Counted from the stretch's first letter, positions 23,853 through 37,320 are shown. The stretch: DNA of 64,000 nucleotides from Laetmonice hystrix (GCA_965235115.1 OZ249436.1:38628001-38692000), one strand, 5' to 3'. Made by a program: numbers and translations. Notes: generated by a model from the sequence alone, not told the origin.

Positions 23853-26696
23853 CCGGTGTGATATGAAAATTGGACCCCCCATATTATGGACCCCCGGTCC
23901 ATATTTCATAGTGACATTTGGACCCCCCGGTCCATATTTCACTATGAAATATGGACTCCCCCCATGAAATATGGACCCCCCTCCGATTTTTTGTTCACTT
24001 TATGGACAATGATTAACCAACCACGGGAAAGCATTATTGGGGTTGAGATGACAATGAGCAAGGCGTTGATTGCGGCACGTGCCTCAAGTTTGGTCAGCAA
24101 CTACCGCGCACCGTACCTATACAATGGTCGTATGGCCAGTGGCGGATCTAAGGGTAACAACTTAAAATGTAACGTTGAATGTTCATAGGATAATCGAAAG
24201 CAATTTCTTTATAAATGGTCATGTTAGTCGGAATATAGTCGGAATATAGATATGGAAGCCTCTCATTGGGGGGAATTTTCACTAGGTGACTATGCACACC
24301 CCGCCCCCCAATCCGCATATATATTGTCGCCGTGCAAATATTGTCGCCGCCGACAAAATATGCACGGCGACAATATATGCCGTAACATACCTCTCATTCT
24401 GGGGGGGGGGGGGTCCATATTACACTATGAAATTTGGACTCCCCCCCCCCCCCAATCTCTAGGTGACTATGGAACCCCTCCCCCCAATCTCTCAGTGAGC
24501 TGGTATGAATATTGAACCCTCTCATTCTTGGGAGAGGGGTGTCCATATTACACTATGAAATATAGACCCCCCCCCCCAATCTCACAGTGAGCTGGTAGAA
24601 ATATGGGTACTTTGTTACGGTATATATTGTCGCTGTGCAAATATTGTCGCTGGCGAACATTGGCATATTTTCGCCGCCGACAAAATATGCCTTAACATAC
24701 CTCTCATTCTTCTGGGGGGGGGGGGTCCATATTACACTATGAAATTTGGTAACCCCCCCCCCCCAATCTCTAGGTGACTATGGCCACCCCCTCCCCTAAT
24801 CTCTCAGTGAGCTGGTATGAATATGGAACCCTCTCTGATTCTTCGGGGGGGGGGGGGGGGGGGGTCCATATTACACTATGAAATATAGACCCCCCAATCT
24901 CACAGTGAGCTGGTAGAAATATGGGTACTTTGTTACGGTATATATTGTCGCTGTGCAAATATTGTCGCTGGCGAACATTGGCATATTTTCGCCGCCGACA
25001 AAATATGCCGTAACATACCTCTCATTCTTCTGGGGGGGGGGGGGGGGTCCATATTACACTATGAAATTTGGTACCCCCCCCCCCCCCAATCTCTAGGTGA
25101 CTATGGCCACCCCCTCCCCTAATCTCTCAGTGAGCTGGTATGAATATGGAACCCTCTCTGATTCTTCGGGGGGGGGGTCCATATTACACTATGAAATATA
25201 GACCCCCCCCCTCAATCTCGCAGTGAGCTGGTATGAATATGGAACCCTCTCATTCTTCGGGGGGGGGGCATATATACACTATGAAATATGGACACTCCCC
25301 CCCTCCCATCTCACTTATTATTGGGGTTGAGAGGACAATCAACGATTTTTATATATGGCGGATGCAGTCGTGTCTACCTGTCACTGACTTGATTATATAT
25401 AAACTTAGTGTCAATTAGCAGGCAATTACAAAAGGGCCTAAAACAGTGATATAACTGGCATTGTGTTCTTAAACAAGTGAAGTGGCCTCCACCAAAGAGT
25501 GAAGTCCTTCTAGTAAGAAATTTGCTTTTCTTGCCAACAATTTAACCTCGATTTGTCAAAAGCCTCACTTATTATTGGGGTTAAAAGCAAGGGGTTGATT
25601 GCGGCACGTGCCTCATGTTTGGTCAGGAGCTACCGTGCACTGTACCTATACACTGTGCATACAATGGTTGTATGGCTCCGTTAACATCACTGTTAATACA
25701 AATTAGGTTCCATAACACTCACGTGTCCCACGTGTTTTCGCAATACGATGTAATGTTGTACTCAACAGAAGAGACTACGAATGTTTTTTTTAACGAAAAT
25801 ACATTAGGAGGAAACGTTTTTAGGATAGTCAAAAGCAAATACATGTATATATGGTGGACGGAAGCATTCGTGTCTCCTTGTCACTTATAGGTATTTGATT
25901 ATGCTCATTGTCAAAATATATTTGGAGCCTCCTATTTATAATAGAAATGATACTCCATGCGCGCATCCGGGGGGGGGGGGGGTCCAGGAGGTCCGGACCC
26001 CCCCCCCCTGCTCAGGACCAACTTAGGTTTTTGCTATGTTATTGGGGACTTTTTGGGGACTTTTTGCCCCCTCCTCCAGCGGCTCGCATCTTTCGGACCC
26101 CCCCCCCCCCCCTTGCAAAAATTCCTGGATCCGCGCCTGTAGGCCTACTCATACTCAGACATATCAGTTTGTCAAGGTTTCGCTCATCAAGATTTCAAGC
26201 TTTGAAGTATAGTCCATCGGGGCAACTTCCTTTAGTCGCTGGCTTTGGAAATAAACTGGGCAGATTAGCTGGGGTTGGGGGTGGGGAGGGGGTGGGTCCA
26301 CATTCCGCTATTTAAATTCGACCCACATCCCGGAAAAATAGAGGGATAACTTCAATATGCTACTCAAAGCTAGTAATATAATATAGCTCCTTTAACACAT
26401 TTATACTGTCATTAATTCAGGACCCAGCTGCCATAAACAATGTTGGATGAGTGGTGGGAGTCCAGGCTTAGGGCATGATGTAGGCCTAAATCCTAGGCCT
26501 ACTAATAAGTAACTTTTTTATGGAAACTGACAGAAATGATTGTTTTGTATAATATTGCTAGTTTGGCCAGTCATTGTATATAAAATAGAGGCAAAACGGA
26601 GGGGGGTCCATATCGTATGGGGGGAGTCCATATTTCACTGTGAAATATGGACCGGGGGTCCATATATTATGGGGGGTCCATTTTGCATCTCACAGG
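23853..26696. mobile_element. 2.8-kb non-autonomous TIR element with GGACCCCC/GGTCCATAT subterminal and internal tandem repeats
   Basis: Left CCGGTGTGATATGAAAATTGGACCCCCCATATTATGGACCCCCGGTCCATATTTCA; right end reverse complement CCTGTGAGATGCAAAATGGACCCCCCATAATATATGGACCCCCGGTCCATATTTCA; repeated modules at 24290-25310. Confidence 0.82.
25956..26139. mobile_element. MITE (5-bp TSD family) nested in the 23853-26696 element
   Basis: CA(T/G)GCGCG(C/G)ATCC...GGATCCGCGCCTG; left TSD TACTC, right copy reads TA-ggccta-CTC. Confidence 0.8.
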
Positions 26697-28019
26697 GGCA
26701 GTATCAGACGTCTGTCGGCCATTGATCATGGAGAACAAATTTACCCTGCCCCGACGTGCGGCTATTTACCCCCCGTACATATCGGCACTGACAACCAGGC
26801 AGTGGGAACCAGATCACCAGGAGCATGCGTATACACGATAGTGGGGGCCAATCATGATGCTCCATCGTCACTGAGACCTGCTGTTGTCAACTGTCACAGA
26901 GCCGTGCCACCCATGATGTAGTGGTGTCTATCCAAATTTGAGATCTGCTTTCCGGATGACCTGTAACATTTTTATAGTTTTCTTTGGAAACTTTGTATCA
27001 TGCTTTGGTTGCCTTTGACTACATATAATATTGGGATATTGGGAAGCTATAGCCTGCACAGATTTTACAACGCTCTTGTAATATTCATGTGGCTTTATAC
27101 AGTCATGATGTGGTGATAATACTCATTATAGTAAGCAAACCAGACCTAAACTAGAATGATGTTATCAAGCTTTCAGGGAAATACAGAATATAGATATAGT
27201 GGTCGATCGACAAGGTCTAGACATATCAATTAGGCTATGTGAATTTGGTGTTTATGGAATTCGAAGAATTGTTTGTTATTGTTGGCGTTGACAAAGACTG
27301 TGCAGCCTTCAGATGTGCGTATTTGCCATTAAACGAATCCTTCCTATAGTTTGCACTAGAATGTTGTAAAATGCTGCCGACTTGGCATGTAAGCATCGCC
27401 TGAACTCGGTTTGGAAGATGAGGATCGCCTCATGGCGACACCTAGTGAGGGCTGACGATTTCATTCCGCATGATCTCTTGTTCCCGAGGTGTCCGCTAGG
27501 TGGCTCTCCCTCAACATGGGCCGTGTGATCTGTGCCGCAAAAGTGTCCCTGTCATGGGTATCGTGAGAGGTTTCAACCAATGCCTAGTCTACCACTTCCA
27601 AGGCCCTTTCGAAATATAGCTAAATGATTCAAAACTACAGTTCAAATGAAATTAGGTTTTATTCTACCTGGAAGTTCAATTCAGAAACATTTTGATAAAG
27701 CTCACATACAATGGGATTTGGTTTCTAAAACTTCCGCGTTTTCGTCTTTTTTTATAATGTCATATAATTATTTACCTTCTTTTTCTCTCCCGCCCCCCAT
27801 GTATCCTTCTTTTCTTCCCGAGGGGCAGTATGGATGTCTCTACCCTAACTGTCACTGTCTCTAGTTAATCAGGGGAACATTATGTGTGCAGCAGTTCGTA
27901 ATTAATTTTTTGAACCATGCATTCCAATAGCCTTCCTGCCTACAGCTGCCGCCTAATATGAAACCAAGGGAATCTTACGTCATGTGACACGTTCATTCAT
28001 GTCGATCAATGGTTGATAA

Positions 28020-29690
28020 CCTCCAGTGGTTCTTGGCGAGGATTGTTGTATGTAAGTTCTAGTTGTAGTGGTTCTGGGCGGTGAGGTTCTGTGTATAGGG
28101 CTGTCCAGGCATTGGTTCTGGGCGATGAGGATGTGTGTAGGGGTGTCCAGGCATTGGTTCTGGGTGTGGGTGTTGTGTGTAGGGTTATTCAGACATTGGT
28201 TTTGAGAGTGGGTGCTGTGTGTTGGGTTGTCCAGGCATTGTTTCTAAGCGTGGGGGTTGTGTGCGTGGGTGTCCAGGCATTGGTTCTGGGCGTGGGTGCT
28301 GTGTGTAAGGTTGTTTAGACATTGGTTCTGGTCGTGGGTGCTGTGTGTTGGGTTTTCCAGGCATTGGTTCTGAGCGCGGGTGCTGTGTGTAGAGGTGTCC
28401 AGGCATTGGTTCTCAGCGTGGGTGCTGTGTGTAGGTGTGTCCAGGCATTGGTTCTGAGCGTGGGCGTTGTGCGTAGGGTTGTCCAGGCATTGGTTCTGAG
28501 CGTGGGTGTTGAGTGTAGGGTTATCCAGGCATTGGTTCTGAGCGTGGGTGTTGAGTGTAGGGTTGTCCAAACATTGGTTCTGGACGTGGGCGTTGTGTGT
28601 AGTATTGTCCAGGCATTGGTTCTGGGCGTGGGTGTTGTGTGCAGAGGTGTCCAGGCATTGGTTCTCAGCGCGGGTGTAGTGTTCCAGTGGCGATGGTTCT
28701 GAGTGAGGATATTGTGTGTGTGGGGGTGTCCAGGCATTGGTTCTGAGCGCGGGCGTTGTGTTAGTATTGTCCAGGCATTGGTTCTGAGCGTGGGTGTTGA
28801 GTGTAGGGTTGTCCAAACATTGGTTCTGGACGTGGGCGTTGTGTGTAGTATTGTCCAGGCATTGGTTCTGGGCGTGGGTGTTGTGTGTAGGGGTGTCCGG
28901 GCGTTAGTTCTAGGCGTGGGTGATGTGTGTTGGGTTGTCCAGGCACTGGTTCTAGGCGTGGGTGCTGTGTTGGGTTGTCCAAATATTGGTTCTGAGCGTG
29001 CGTGCTGTGTGTAGGGTTGTCCAGGCACTGGTTCTGGTCGTGGGTGTTGTGTGTAGGGTTGTCCAAACATTGGTTCTGGGCGTGGGTGTTGTGTGTAGGT
29101 GTGTCCGGGCGTTAGTTCTAGGCGTGGGTGCTGGTGTTGGGTTGTCCAGGCACTGGTTCTAGGCGTGGGTGATGTGTGTTGGGTTGTCCAGGCACTGGTT
29201 CTAGGCGTGGGTGCTGTGTGTTGGGGTGTCCAAACATTGGTTCTGAACGTGGGTGCTGTGTGTAGGTGTGTCCAGGCATTGGTTCTGAGCGTGGGTGCTG
29301 GGTGTAGGGTTGTCCAAACATTGGTTCTGAGCGTGGGTGTTGTGTGTAGGGCTGTCCAAGCATTGGTTCTGGGCGTGGGTGTTGTGTGTAGGTGTGTCCG
29401 GGCGTTAGTTCTAGGCGTGGGTGCTGTGTGTTGGGTTGTCCAGGCACTGGTTCTGAGCGTGGGTGCTGTGTGTAGGTGTGTCCAGGCATTGGTTCTGGAT
29501 GTGGGTGTTGTGTGTAGTTGTGTCCAGGCATTGGTTCTGAGCGTGGGTGTTGAGTGTAGGGTTGTCCACGCATTGGTTCTGAGCGTGGGTGTTGTGTGTA
29601 GGTGTGTCCAGGCATTGGTTCTGAGCGTGGGTGCTGGGTGTAGGGTTGCAGTGGCGATGGTTCTGAGTGAGGATGTCGTGTCTGGGTAAC
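28020..29690. repeat. 42-bp minisatellite x ~38
   Basis: Consensus CCAGGCATTGGTTCTGAGCGTGGGTGTTGTGTGTAGGGTTGT; minus strand translates as repeated QPYTQHPRSEPMPG. Confidence 0.95.
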
Positions 29691-31684
29691 AATTACAGTG
29701 GAGATATTAGCGAGGAAGTTGTTGCGTACAGTGGGGTTTTGTTTTTGATGAGGATAATGTGTGTAAGCTTCTGGTGGCACTGGGTCTGAACGAGTTGCCT
29801 CTTGCCAATTTATAATACTCCCGACTACTAACAAACTGTTCCCACAGTAGCTGTTGACATTCTGGGCAGCGCTATCCATTTTCGTAGGGTTCCGTCATCC
29901 GAGAAGCACCGTCAAGGGGACTGTAGGTGCAACATTTGCGCTGGAATACTACGACAAAGTGAAGGTCATTGTGGAAGCATACCTTAGCCGGCCCGTCAGA
30001 TGGAGATAAAATACTGCGATTTGTATGTAATCGTTTGTAAGCCTACTAAGGAAATTTAATTCGCATGTTAATTGAAATGGCTACTGGTATGACGCTCAAA
30101 ACTACATGGACAACGTTTGACATGCCAACCGTTTCGCGAGGCCGAGGGTCTATTCAAGGTAGATTCGTCATTTCTGAACACTTGCTAAGTTGCAGGGGTG
30201 TAGGAGCCAAATCAACCATAATGACCCGACTCAATCATGAAATATGTCAAAATTAATTCTTTTGTTGGCGTCAGTCTTTTTTGCTGAACTTTGCACCCCC
30301 CCCCCCTCCGAATTGTCAGCCCAAGATACTACAGCAATGCCAATATTGATGACCGTGACATCCGTGTTATTCATCGACTTATCGACACACATTAATTCCA
30401 AAAATGGGAACAACAACAAACATATCCTTGAATTCGATTTTAATATCTGTTTTTTTTTGTTCTCAAGGCTAAGCCAATGTCTTTGCATAAGGCATCGGAA
30501 CGTAAAGCTCATCAGTAGACCTATCGTATAATCCTTTTATTCCGAAGTTGCCAGTGGTAGGCCTAAGTTGCTTAATCAAGCAGGTATATGTTGTGTTAGC
30601 CATCTTGTTGAATTCTTGCATTCCTTGTGAGTTCTCCTGCATGAAGGGGCGCAGTTCTGGCTCCTCGGTCTAAAAGCCAGAGTAACTACAAGTGATATTA
30701 TTAAACACAGCTATGCATATTTCATTGCTACATCCCAGTCGGCTCCACCCACAAACTGATGAATAACACCCACGTGCTGGTAAGCTTGGCTTTTCTTCAC
30801 TATACTACCCCTCGACTGGTAGGCCTAGGTTACAGCCCCGCACTGGGCCACGGGTCAGAGGGCAACGACGCCCTGGTACCGGCGCTGGCGGTGCGGGTCA
30901 GTCACCTTTATTATTTACTGTTTCCAGATAGAGAGGCCGTCGATTTGCCTGGATCAGCCGGGCAGCAGACGGCTTCTCCCCCCTCCCCGGTAGACGCCGA
31001 CCCGCCGTACGTGGTCGGACGGTGCCAAGGTTGCTGACATTGTGCCCAGATGGACAACACGCCGCACCGGATCGGCCCAGGTTTATCGCATCATCCGCTT
31101 GGTGGCGCCCCGCACTAAGGACAGTTCGTGGCAGCGCCTTCCGCCTTGCGTTTCCACTACACCTTGTTGAAACGTTAATCGATGGATTTCTTTTTCACTC
31201 CATAAGGGTATTCAACCTTGTGGGAGACCTGATACAAAAAGAAACACAGGAACGAGTTAAGCGTCGACTAGCTATTTATATAGCCCTTTGACTCCCACAT
31301 AAATGTTTGAAGAGGACGCTATTGTCAGACGCATATCTCCTCATTGGTTGAAACTTGCGCCTGGTTCAATGGATGAGTGGCCGAGCTTCGTGAAAACGGT
31401 GCCTCGCAATATTGGCCTTGTCCATTTGATCCTTGTGCCAATCACGGGTGGGGTAGCTTTTCTCAAAGTTGTACCCAGGAAACTGAACTTGGAGTGTACT
31501 CTAAATCTCGTCATGGTCAAAGATAATTACGCAAAATAATCTAAGTAAAATGGTTCACATGATAATACTTCAATGCTTTCTTCTGAGAGTATCTAACATT
31601 TTTAGGCGATGTAGAAAATCGCTTGCACTGAACAATGTCATAAACTAGGCTAATTCGCGACAAAATACAGGGGACTTGAAAGAT

Positions 31685-31687
<3 letters not shown>

Positions 31688-31754
<67 letters not shown>

Positions 31755-31847
31755 CAGAGACAGAGAGAGACAGGCAGACAGACAGACAGACAGACAGACA
31801 GAGACAGACAAAGATAGATAGATAGACAGACAGAGAGAGACAGAGAG
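31688..31847. repeat. Compound (AG)n/(AGAC)n/(AGAT)n microsatellite
   Basis: Read directly. Confidence 0.97.
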
Positions 31848-32456
31848 CGGCAATTACATGTACATGTGTGTATACCAAATATGTTAATAACATCAGTCTA
31901 AAATGGCTTCAGTCTATGTTAGCTTGTGTGCAAGTGTAGTAATCCATTGAGAGCAGACAATTATTAAATCCCTATACAATTCACATGTTCCACGCTTATT
32001 TGCTGTCTATTGATTCGTTAATGTAATTCAATTCATTTACATGAAAGCACTCACTGATCTTCAATTTGCATACTTAATGAAGAGGACAAGTGGCATGAGT
32101 ACTAGAACCCCTTGCTGTGGTTAAATAATCCACTAGGGGGAGAGGGAGGGGTACGAAGACACCCCAACTCGTTTCTCGTTTTATTTTTTACCTGCATGTA
32201 CGTGGTAACGGCATGCAGCATCGACCAAAAATTCCAATACAGCCAGAACGAATTGTGTCTTTGAGTGAAGACATCGCGAGGCACAAAGAAAAAAACGTGT
32301 GAATCTCGAGGGACTTCAGAGTAAAAATATTCGCGCATTCATGCATATTATTCACGGGAGAGGGTGCTGGGAAAATATGGGAATGGCCCGGGATGTGTAT
32401 GTATTGTTCATGCATATTTGTTATGGATTGATTAAGTCAGACTAATTAGCAGACAT

Positions 32457-33359
32457 GTGATGGGACGAAAAATATCGCCAAAGCGAAAAATGTCCCAGCC
32501 AGAGATTTTAAGACATTTTTCGTTCTATACGCACGAAAAATGCCTCAAAATCTCTGTTTGGGACATTTTTTGTGCACTAGACGCGAGAATGTCCCAATTT
32601 TGTTAGTGAGACATTTTTCGTCCGGCAGTTGCAAATGTCCTAAGGACAGCTAAGGACAGCTACGGTGCAAAATAATAGTTAGCACTGTTTGCGCTGACGT
32701 ATAAAGATATATGATCACGAGTATAAATAGGGTTATAGCTTTAAAACGGTGAACATTGTTACTATTAATGTTAAATAGGTACCCATACATGATCCTTCTT
32801 TTGCCGCCATATGTCATGACGTATCATGACGTAATTATGTCAAATGATTGTATCGCCGAAAATATGAGATATATAAGTGCATATAGTTACTAATGAATGG
32901 GAACCTATTTATGAGTCATTGGTAAAGGCAATATAAAGCACATCGGTTCCGATTCGCGTTCAATAGTGACTATGCATGTCTCATATTTTCGCAGATACAG
33001 CCATTTGAGCTAATTATGTCTTGATACGTCATGGCATCTGGCAGCAAATGAAAGATCATATCTGGGTTCCTATTTAACATTAATAGCAACAATGTTCACC
33101 GTTTTTAAAAAAAATATAGCCCTATTACAAGCCTGCAGCAGTGCTCCTTACATTGTTCGTTGCAACTGCCGGACCAAAAATGTCTCACTAGTAGCCTATC
33201 AAATGTCCCAATCTCTGTTTGGGACATTGTTTGAGCACTGGATGCGGAAAATGTCCCAACCAGAGATTTTGAGACATTTTTCGTGCGTATAGAAAGAAAA
33301 ATGTCTCAAAATCCCTGATTGAACATTTGTCGCGTTTGAGACATTTGTCGTTACATCAG
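32457..33359. mobile_element. ~900-bp foldback MITE (almost fully self-complementary)
   Basis: TGATGGGACGAAAAAT...ATTTGTCGTTACATCA termini; AAAATGTCCCA/TGAGACATTTT subterminal repeats; inner arms AACGGTGAACATTGTTACTATTAATGTTAAATAGG (32745) vs CCTATTTAACATTAATAGCAACAATGTTCACCGTT (33069). Confidence 0.88.
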
Positions 33360-34384
33360 ATGTGTTCTGTGCCAAATTAGACTAAATACAGAGGGCGCTG
33401 GTTGGTTTTCAAGAATGCATTAAACAATCAACTTAATAACAAAAACAGGTTAGTTGTACAAATAATATTTTACCGCCCCCCCCCCAAAAAAAAACACTCA
33501 TAGGGTTAGGGGCATACGGCACAAGATATGCGAATTCAAATGGTCCTGATTCTGTGGAGTAATTAGGCCTACTAAACTTAGAGCCTACTTCAACCGACTT
33601 CTTTGCCCTACGCTCTTTGCTACAATCTTCAGCGGTTGCCTATATAGTCGGGGATCCAGACACCCAAAATTTGAGAGGACCTGACATGGCTTGCTATACT
33701 TTTTGTTTGTGTTTTTTCTATTAAATTGGTCATTAAGGTCCACTGAATGAGAGGTCTGCTCTGCCGGAAACCTTGCGAAAAAATATTGTGGCCATTTTTG
33801 TATATGCGCCCTTTGTCTTTTTAGGGAAAATGTGAAATATGTATTTTTTCTTAGAATCTATGGTGGATTGTGCAGGCTGTCAATAAATGCATCCCAGACA
33901 CACAGAACACATGTGTTGACAACATCAAGTTCAGAAATCCACTTACAAAACCTTTCCAAATGATTTAGCATCATTTTTATGCAAAAGCGCCCCTGATGTT
34001 TTGGCATTTTTTCATTATCTTCATCTTTACTTCATTATTAATCAAATATAAAGTTATGACATAAGGCAATGTGTTATTCTTTTCAGCAAACATTATAGTC
34101 ATTCCACAGTAAACATTTTGAAAATCAAACCAAAATCAGTGGATCTGTGGTGATTTCATTAACCCTACCCCCCAAACTGCAAATTGTGTCCGAGACATCA
34201 ATGTATTTGATTTGACTACTATTGCGTTTTATAGGCTATTAACAGAGGCATCCGTGGAGCTTCCAGTAATTTTCTACTTAATTTCCAGATGTTTCAGGTT
34301 AAAAACAGGGACCAAAAGACTTACTATTACCCTTACTCCCAGAGATTCCCAGAGATGTAAAGTATATTTATGTTTAGCATCATG

Positions 34385-34642
34385 CAAAGGCGGATCCAGA
34401 GGGGGGCACAGGGGGCACGTGCCCCCTCTTTAGCTTCACTAATTAGGCCTATGCACGGCTATAGCCTACTTATTTTGAATTAATTTTAACACTGACGGTG
34501 TACCTCAGGGAAACCCCGAGCTATTATGTAGGCCTATACCTCTAAAACTCTAATTCAAGAGCATGAGCTTTAATTAGTAATGCAAACAATCATGAATTGT
34601 TTTTATGTGCCCCCCTTTAGTGAAATCCTGGATCCGCCAGTG
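34385..34642. mobile_element. MITE, 5-bp TSD, nested in the Academ-like element
   Basis: CAAAGGCGGATCCAG...CTGGATCCGCCAGTG; TSD TCATG. Confidence 0.87.
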
Positions 34643-35008
34643 TCATGGTATGTCCATTTTATTAAACATCCTGGCCAAGGCATCTTTTTATTTTTAACAG
34701 AACTCCATGCTCCCAAAGAAAATACAAGTAACACAAGAAATGCAAAACAACAAAATGAATTCATAATTTCACTGAACAAAATAACTTATGGACTGTAATG
34801 TGTAATGCATGATAGCATACATTATACTGTAACATTAAAACATAATACTGCAGCAGTAAATCATAATTATATATATAAATAATGTCCCCAGTCCTAATTA
34901 AATTGGCAAGCCAACTGGGCAAGCCAGATCCTTATCTACCTTACCACTATATATGATTGCAACATCTCGAATCCTGCAGAACAACCACAGGGGTTTATCA
35001 TAAAGATA

Positions 35009-36025
35009 GGGTAAGGTGGGGCAATATGAGCACCTTAACAATTTTGACCTGGTAAAACTGCTGGTACTGCCCAATGCATTCATGTAGTATTTCATCATCA
35101 AGAGTCTAGTATAGGCTGTATTTCTGACATAAAATAACTGTAGGGTCCTATTAAAAAATTAAATAAATCGCAATAAACAATTTAATCAAATATGCTCATA
35201 TTCCCCGTCCTGATGGGTAATATGAGCATGTGGCAAAAATAGATATCGAAATGGTATGTTAACAAACTTATTAAAAAAGATGACGTTAAAGGTATCGTCT
35301 AGGCTACAGCTGTCATCATTCCCAAGTCCAAATGTGGTCGGTAAATGACGTTTGGTTACCGATATTTAAAATGTCAGGAAATAATCCTATATCAACATAT
35401 GCTCATATTACCCCCAGTCGTGCTACTATGCCAATAAATGAAGATATTATTATTTCATTATCAAGGAATTACACACATCAATATTTCATGGGATCATTAA
35501 TTTTATTAATAAAATATGATCCAGAGGTGTTTTAGAGGGGACCGGGGGGCTCGGCCCCCGTTGGTACAAATTCTGGATTTTTATGGTGGCTTGCAGGCCC
35601 TTCATTATGGGAATCCCTATGCTCATAATGCCCCACCCTAGGTGTGCTCATATTCCCCGCACATGTATTTGTCGTGTTTCTTCCAAGGTCTGACATTATG
35701 CAATGTCTCGTGCCCTGCTATCGTTTATTTAACGCTGACAAGAGACATCGAACTGCCAATAAAATATGAAGTTGTGTCTACCAGGGTAGTCTTGCGAAGG
35801 CACCAGAACATGAAACATAATGTGTAAAATGTTAAGAAAATGGGTCTTAAAATTTAATCTTCACTTTTCTTCAAACTGTGCCACCGAGGGCTACGAAATT
35901 TTCGTATGCTATCGGCCTTAGTTAGTGCTGCAAAAAAAACACCAGGGGGCCCTACCCCCTGTGGTTCTGGGTTTCTGTACTGGAGGGTGCTCATATTCCC
36001 CGTGTGCTCATATTACCCCGCTTTA
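35009..36025. mobile_element. Nested ~1-kb TIR element (pogo/Tc1-mariner-like, TA target)
   Basis: TA|GGGTAAGGTGGGGCAATATGAGCAC...GTGCTCATATTACCCCGCTTTAC; internal repeats of TGCTCATATT(A/C)CCC; right tip clipped at the Academ arm. Confidence 0.7.
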
Positions 36026-36779
36026 CATCTTTTGTTCCCTGCCTTTACCCTGAAACAACCGGTAATTAAGTAGAAAAATTACTGGAAACTCCAAGGATAC
36101 CTCTGTCGATCACCTATAAAATGCAATAGAAGCCAAATCAAATACATTAAAAAATGTTGACGTTTCAGCCACAATTTACAGTATGGGGGTAGGGTTAATA
36201 AAATCATTACAGGTCCATTGATCTTGGTTCGATTTTCATAATGTTTACTGTGGAATGACTATAATGTTTGTTGAAAAGAATGGCACATTGCCTCATGCCA
36301 TAACTTAGGGCGTAGTTGATTAATAATGAAGTAAAGATGAAGATAATGAATAAAATGCACAAAAATCAGGGGCGCTTTTGCATAAAAATGGTGCTCAATC
36401 ATTTGGAAAGGTTTTGTAAGTGTATTTTTTAACTTGATGTTGTCAACACATGTGTTCTGTGTATCTGGGATGCATTTATTGACAGCCTACACAACCCACT
36501 GAGGATTTTTAGGAAAAATACATTTTTCACATTTTTCGCTAAAAAAACAAAGGGCGCATATACAAAAATGGCCACAATTTTCTTTCGCAAGGTTTCCGGC
36601 AGAGCAGACCTCTCATTCAGTGGACCTTAATGTCCAAATTAATAGAAAAAACACAAACAAAAAGTATAGCAGGCCATGTCAGGTTCAACCCATTTTATTG
36701 AGCTTTTGGGCCTGTGGATCCCCGACTAATAATAGGTCTAGGGCCCAGCGTTGTTGAGAAGTAAAGAAAAAAGTGGTTT

Positions 36780-37250
36780 CCCGGCGAAGGCAGGTGATGC
36801 CCACATAGGACGCGAGCCCCTGCCTACCTGTCTACATATTCATGGGCCCAAATTAGGTCATCAGTCACGCTGGCGCATGCGGGCTGGCGTACCGCGTGCC
36901 TTCAGTCAGAGCGTGCACAGTGCTGGACGCAACGGCCTAGCTCCACGTACCGCCACACGGTGGCGCTTCGGAATTCACGTTTGAACTTGGCACAGTTGGT
37001 CGTCACACAGTGTTGATAGACTGAACATGGCTTTCATCGTGTTGCTTACCGTGAGCTCGTAGCGGTACTCTGAATCACTACGAGTGAGGACTGTGTGACT
37101 ACAACGTTAAAACTCGTGAACAAGTTGGATTATCACGGAGAGCTAGGACTATGTGGGAGTACAGACTGTGTGGATAGCGGCTCCTGACCAGGAAGACAGT
37201 TATACACTCGCCAAGTTTTGTTATTGGTCGTGACGGACTGGGTCAAGAAT
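36780..37250 (+). promoter_or_regulatory. CpG-rich candidate promoter and 5' UTR
   Basis: Local CpG enrichment, NRF1-like GCGCATGCG at ~36873, Inr-like TCAGT motifs, directly upstream of a signal-peptide exon. Confidence 0.45.
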
Positions 37251-37320
37251 ATGAAGTCGGCTGTTCACAAATCGCGACTCGTGGTTCTCAGTCTCTTGGC
37301 CTGGTACACCGTACCAGCTG
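37251..37320 (+). CDS. Probable first coding exon (signal peptide) of a secreted or cell-surface protein gene
   Basis: ATG...MKSAVHKSRLVVLSLLAWYTVPA(G)|GTGAGT; basic n-region, hydrophobic core, strong donor, phase-1 intron. Confidence 0.6.

Larger units (their letters stand above)
33645..36728. mobile_element. Academ-like non-autonomous DNA transposon with ~690-bp TIRs
   Basis: Termini TAGTCGGGGATCCA...TGGATCCCCGACTA, 3-bp TSD ATA; arms 33645-~34320 and ~36027-36728 are imperfect reverse complements; TAG/CTA ends with a short TSD and long TIRs match Academ. Confidence 0.82.

Noticed and set aside
31645..31893. ORFs with SLSLSL runs
   Set aside because: Translation of the AG microsatellite.
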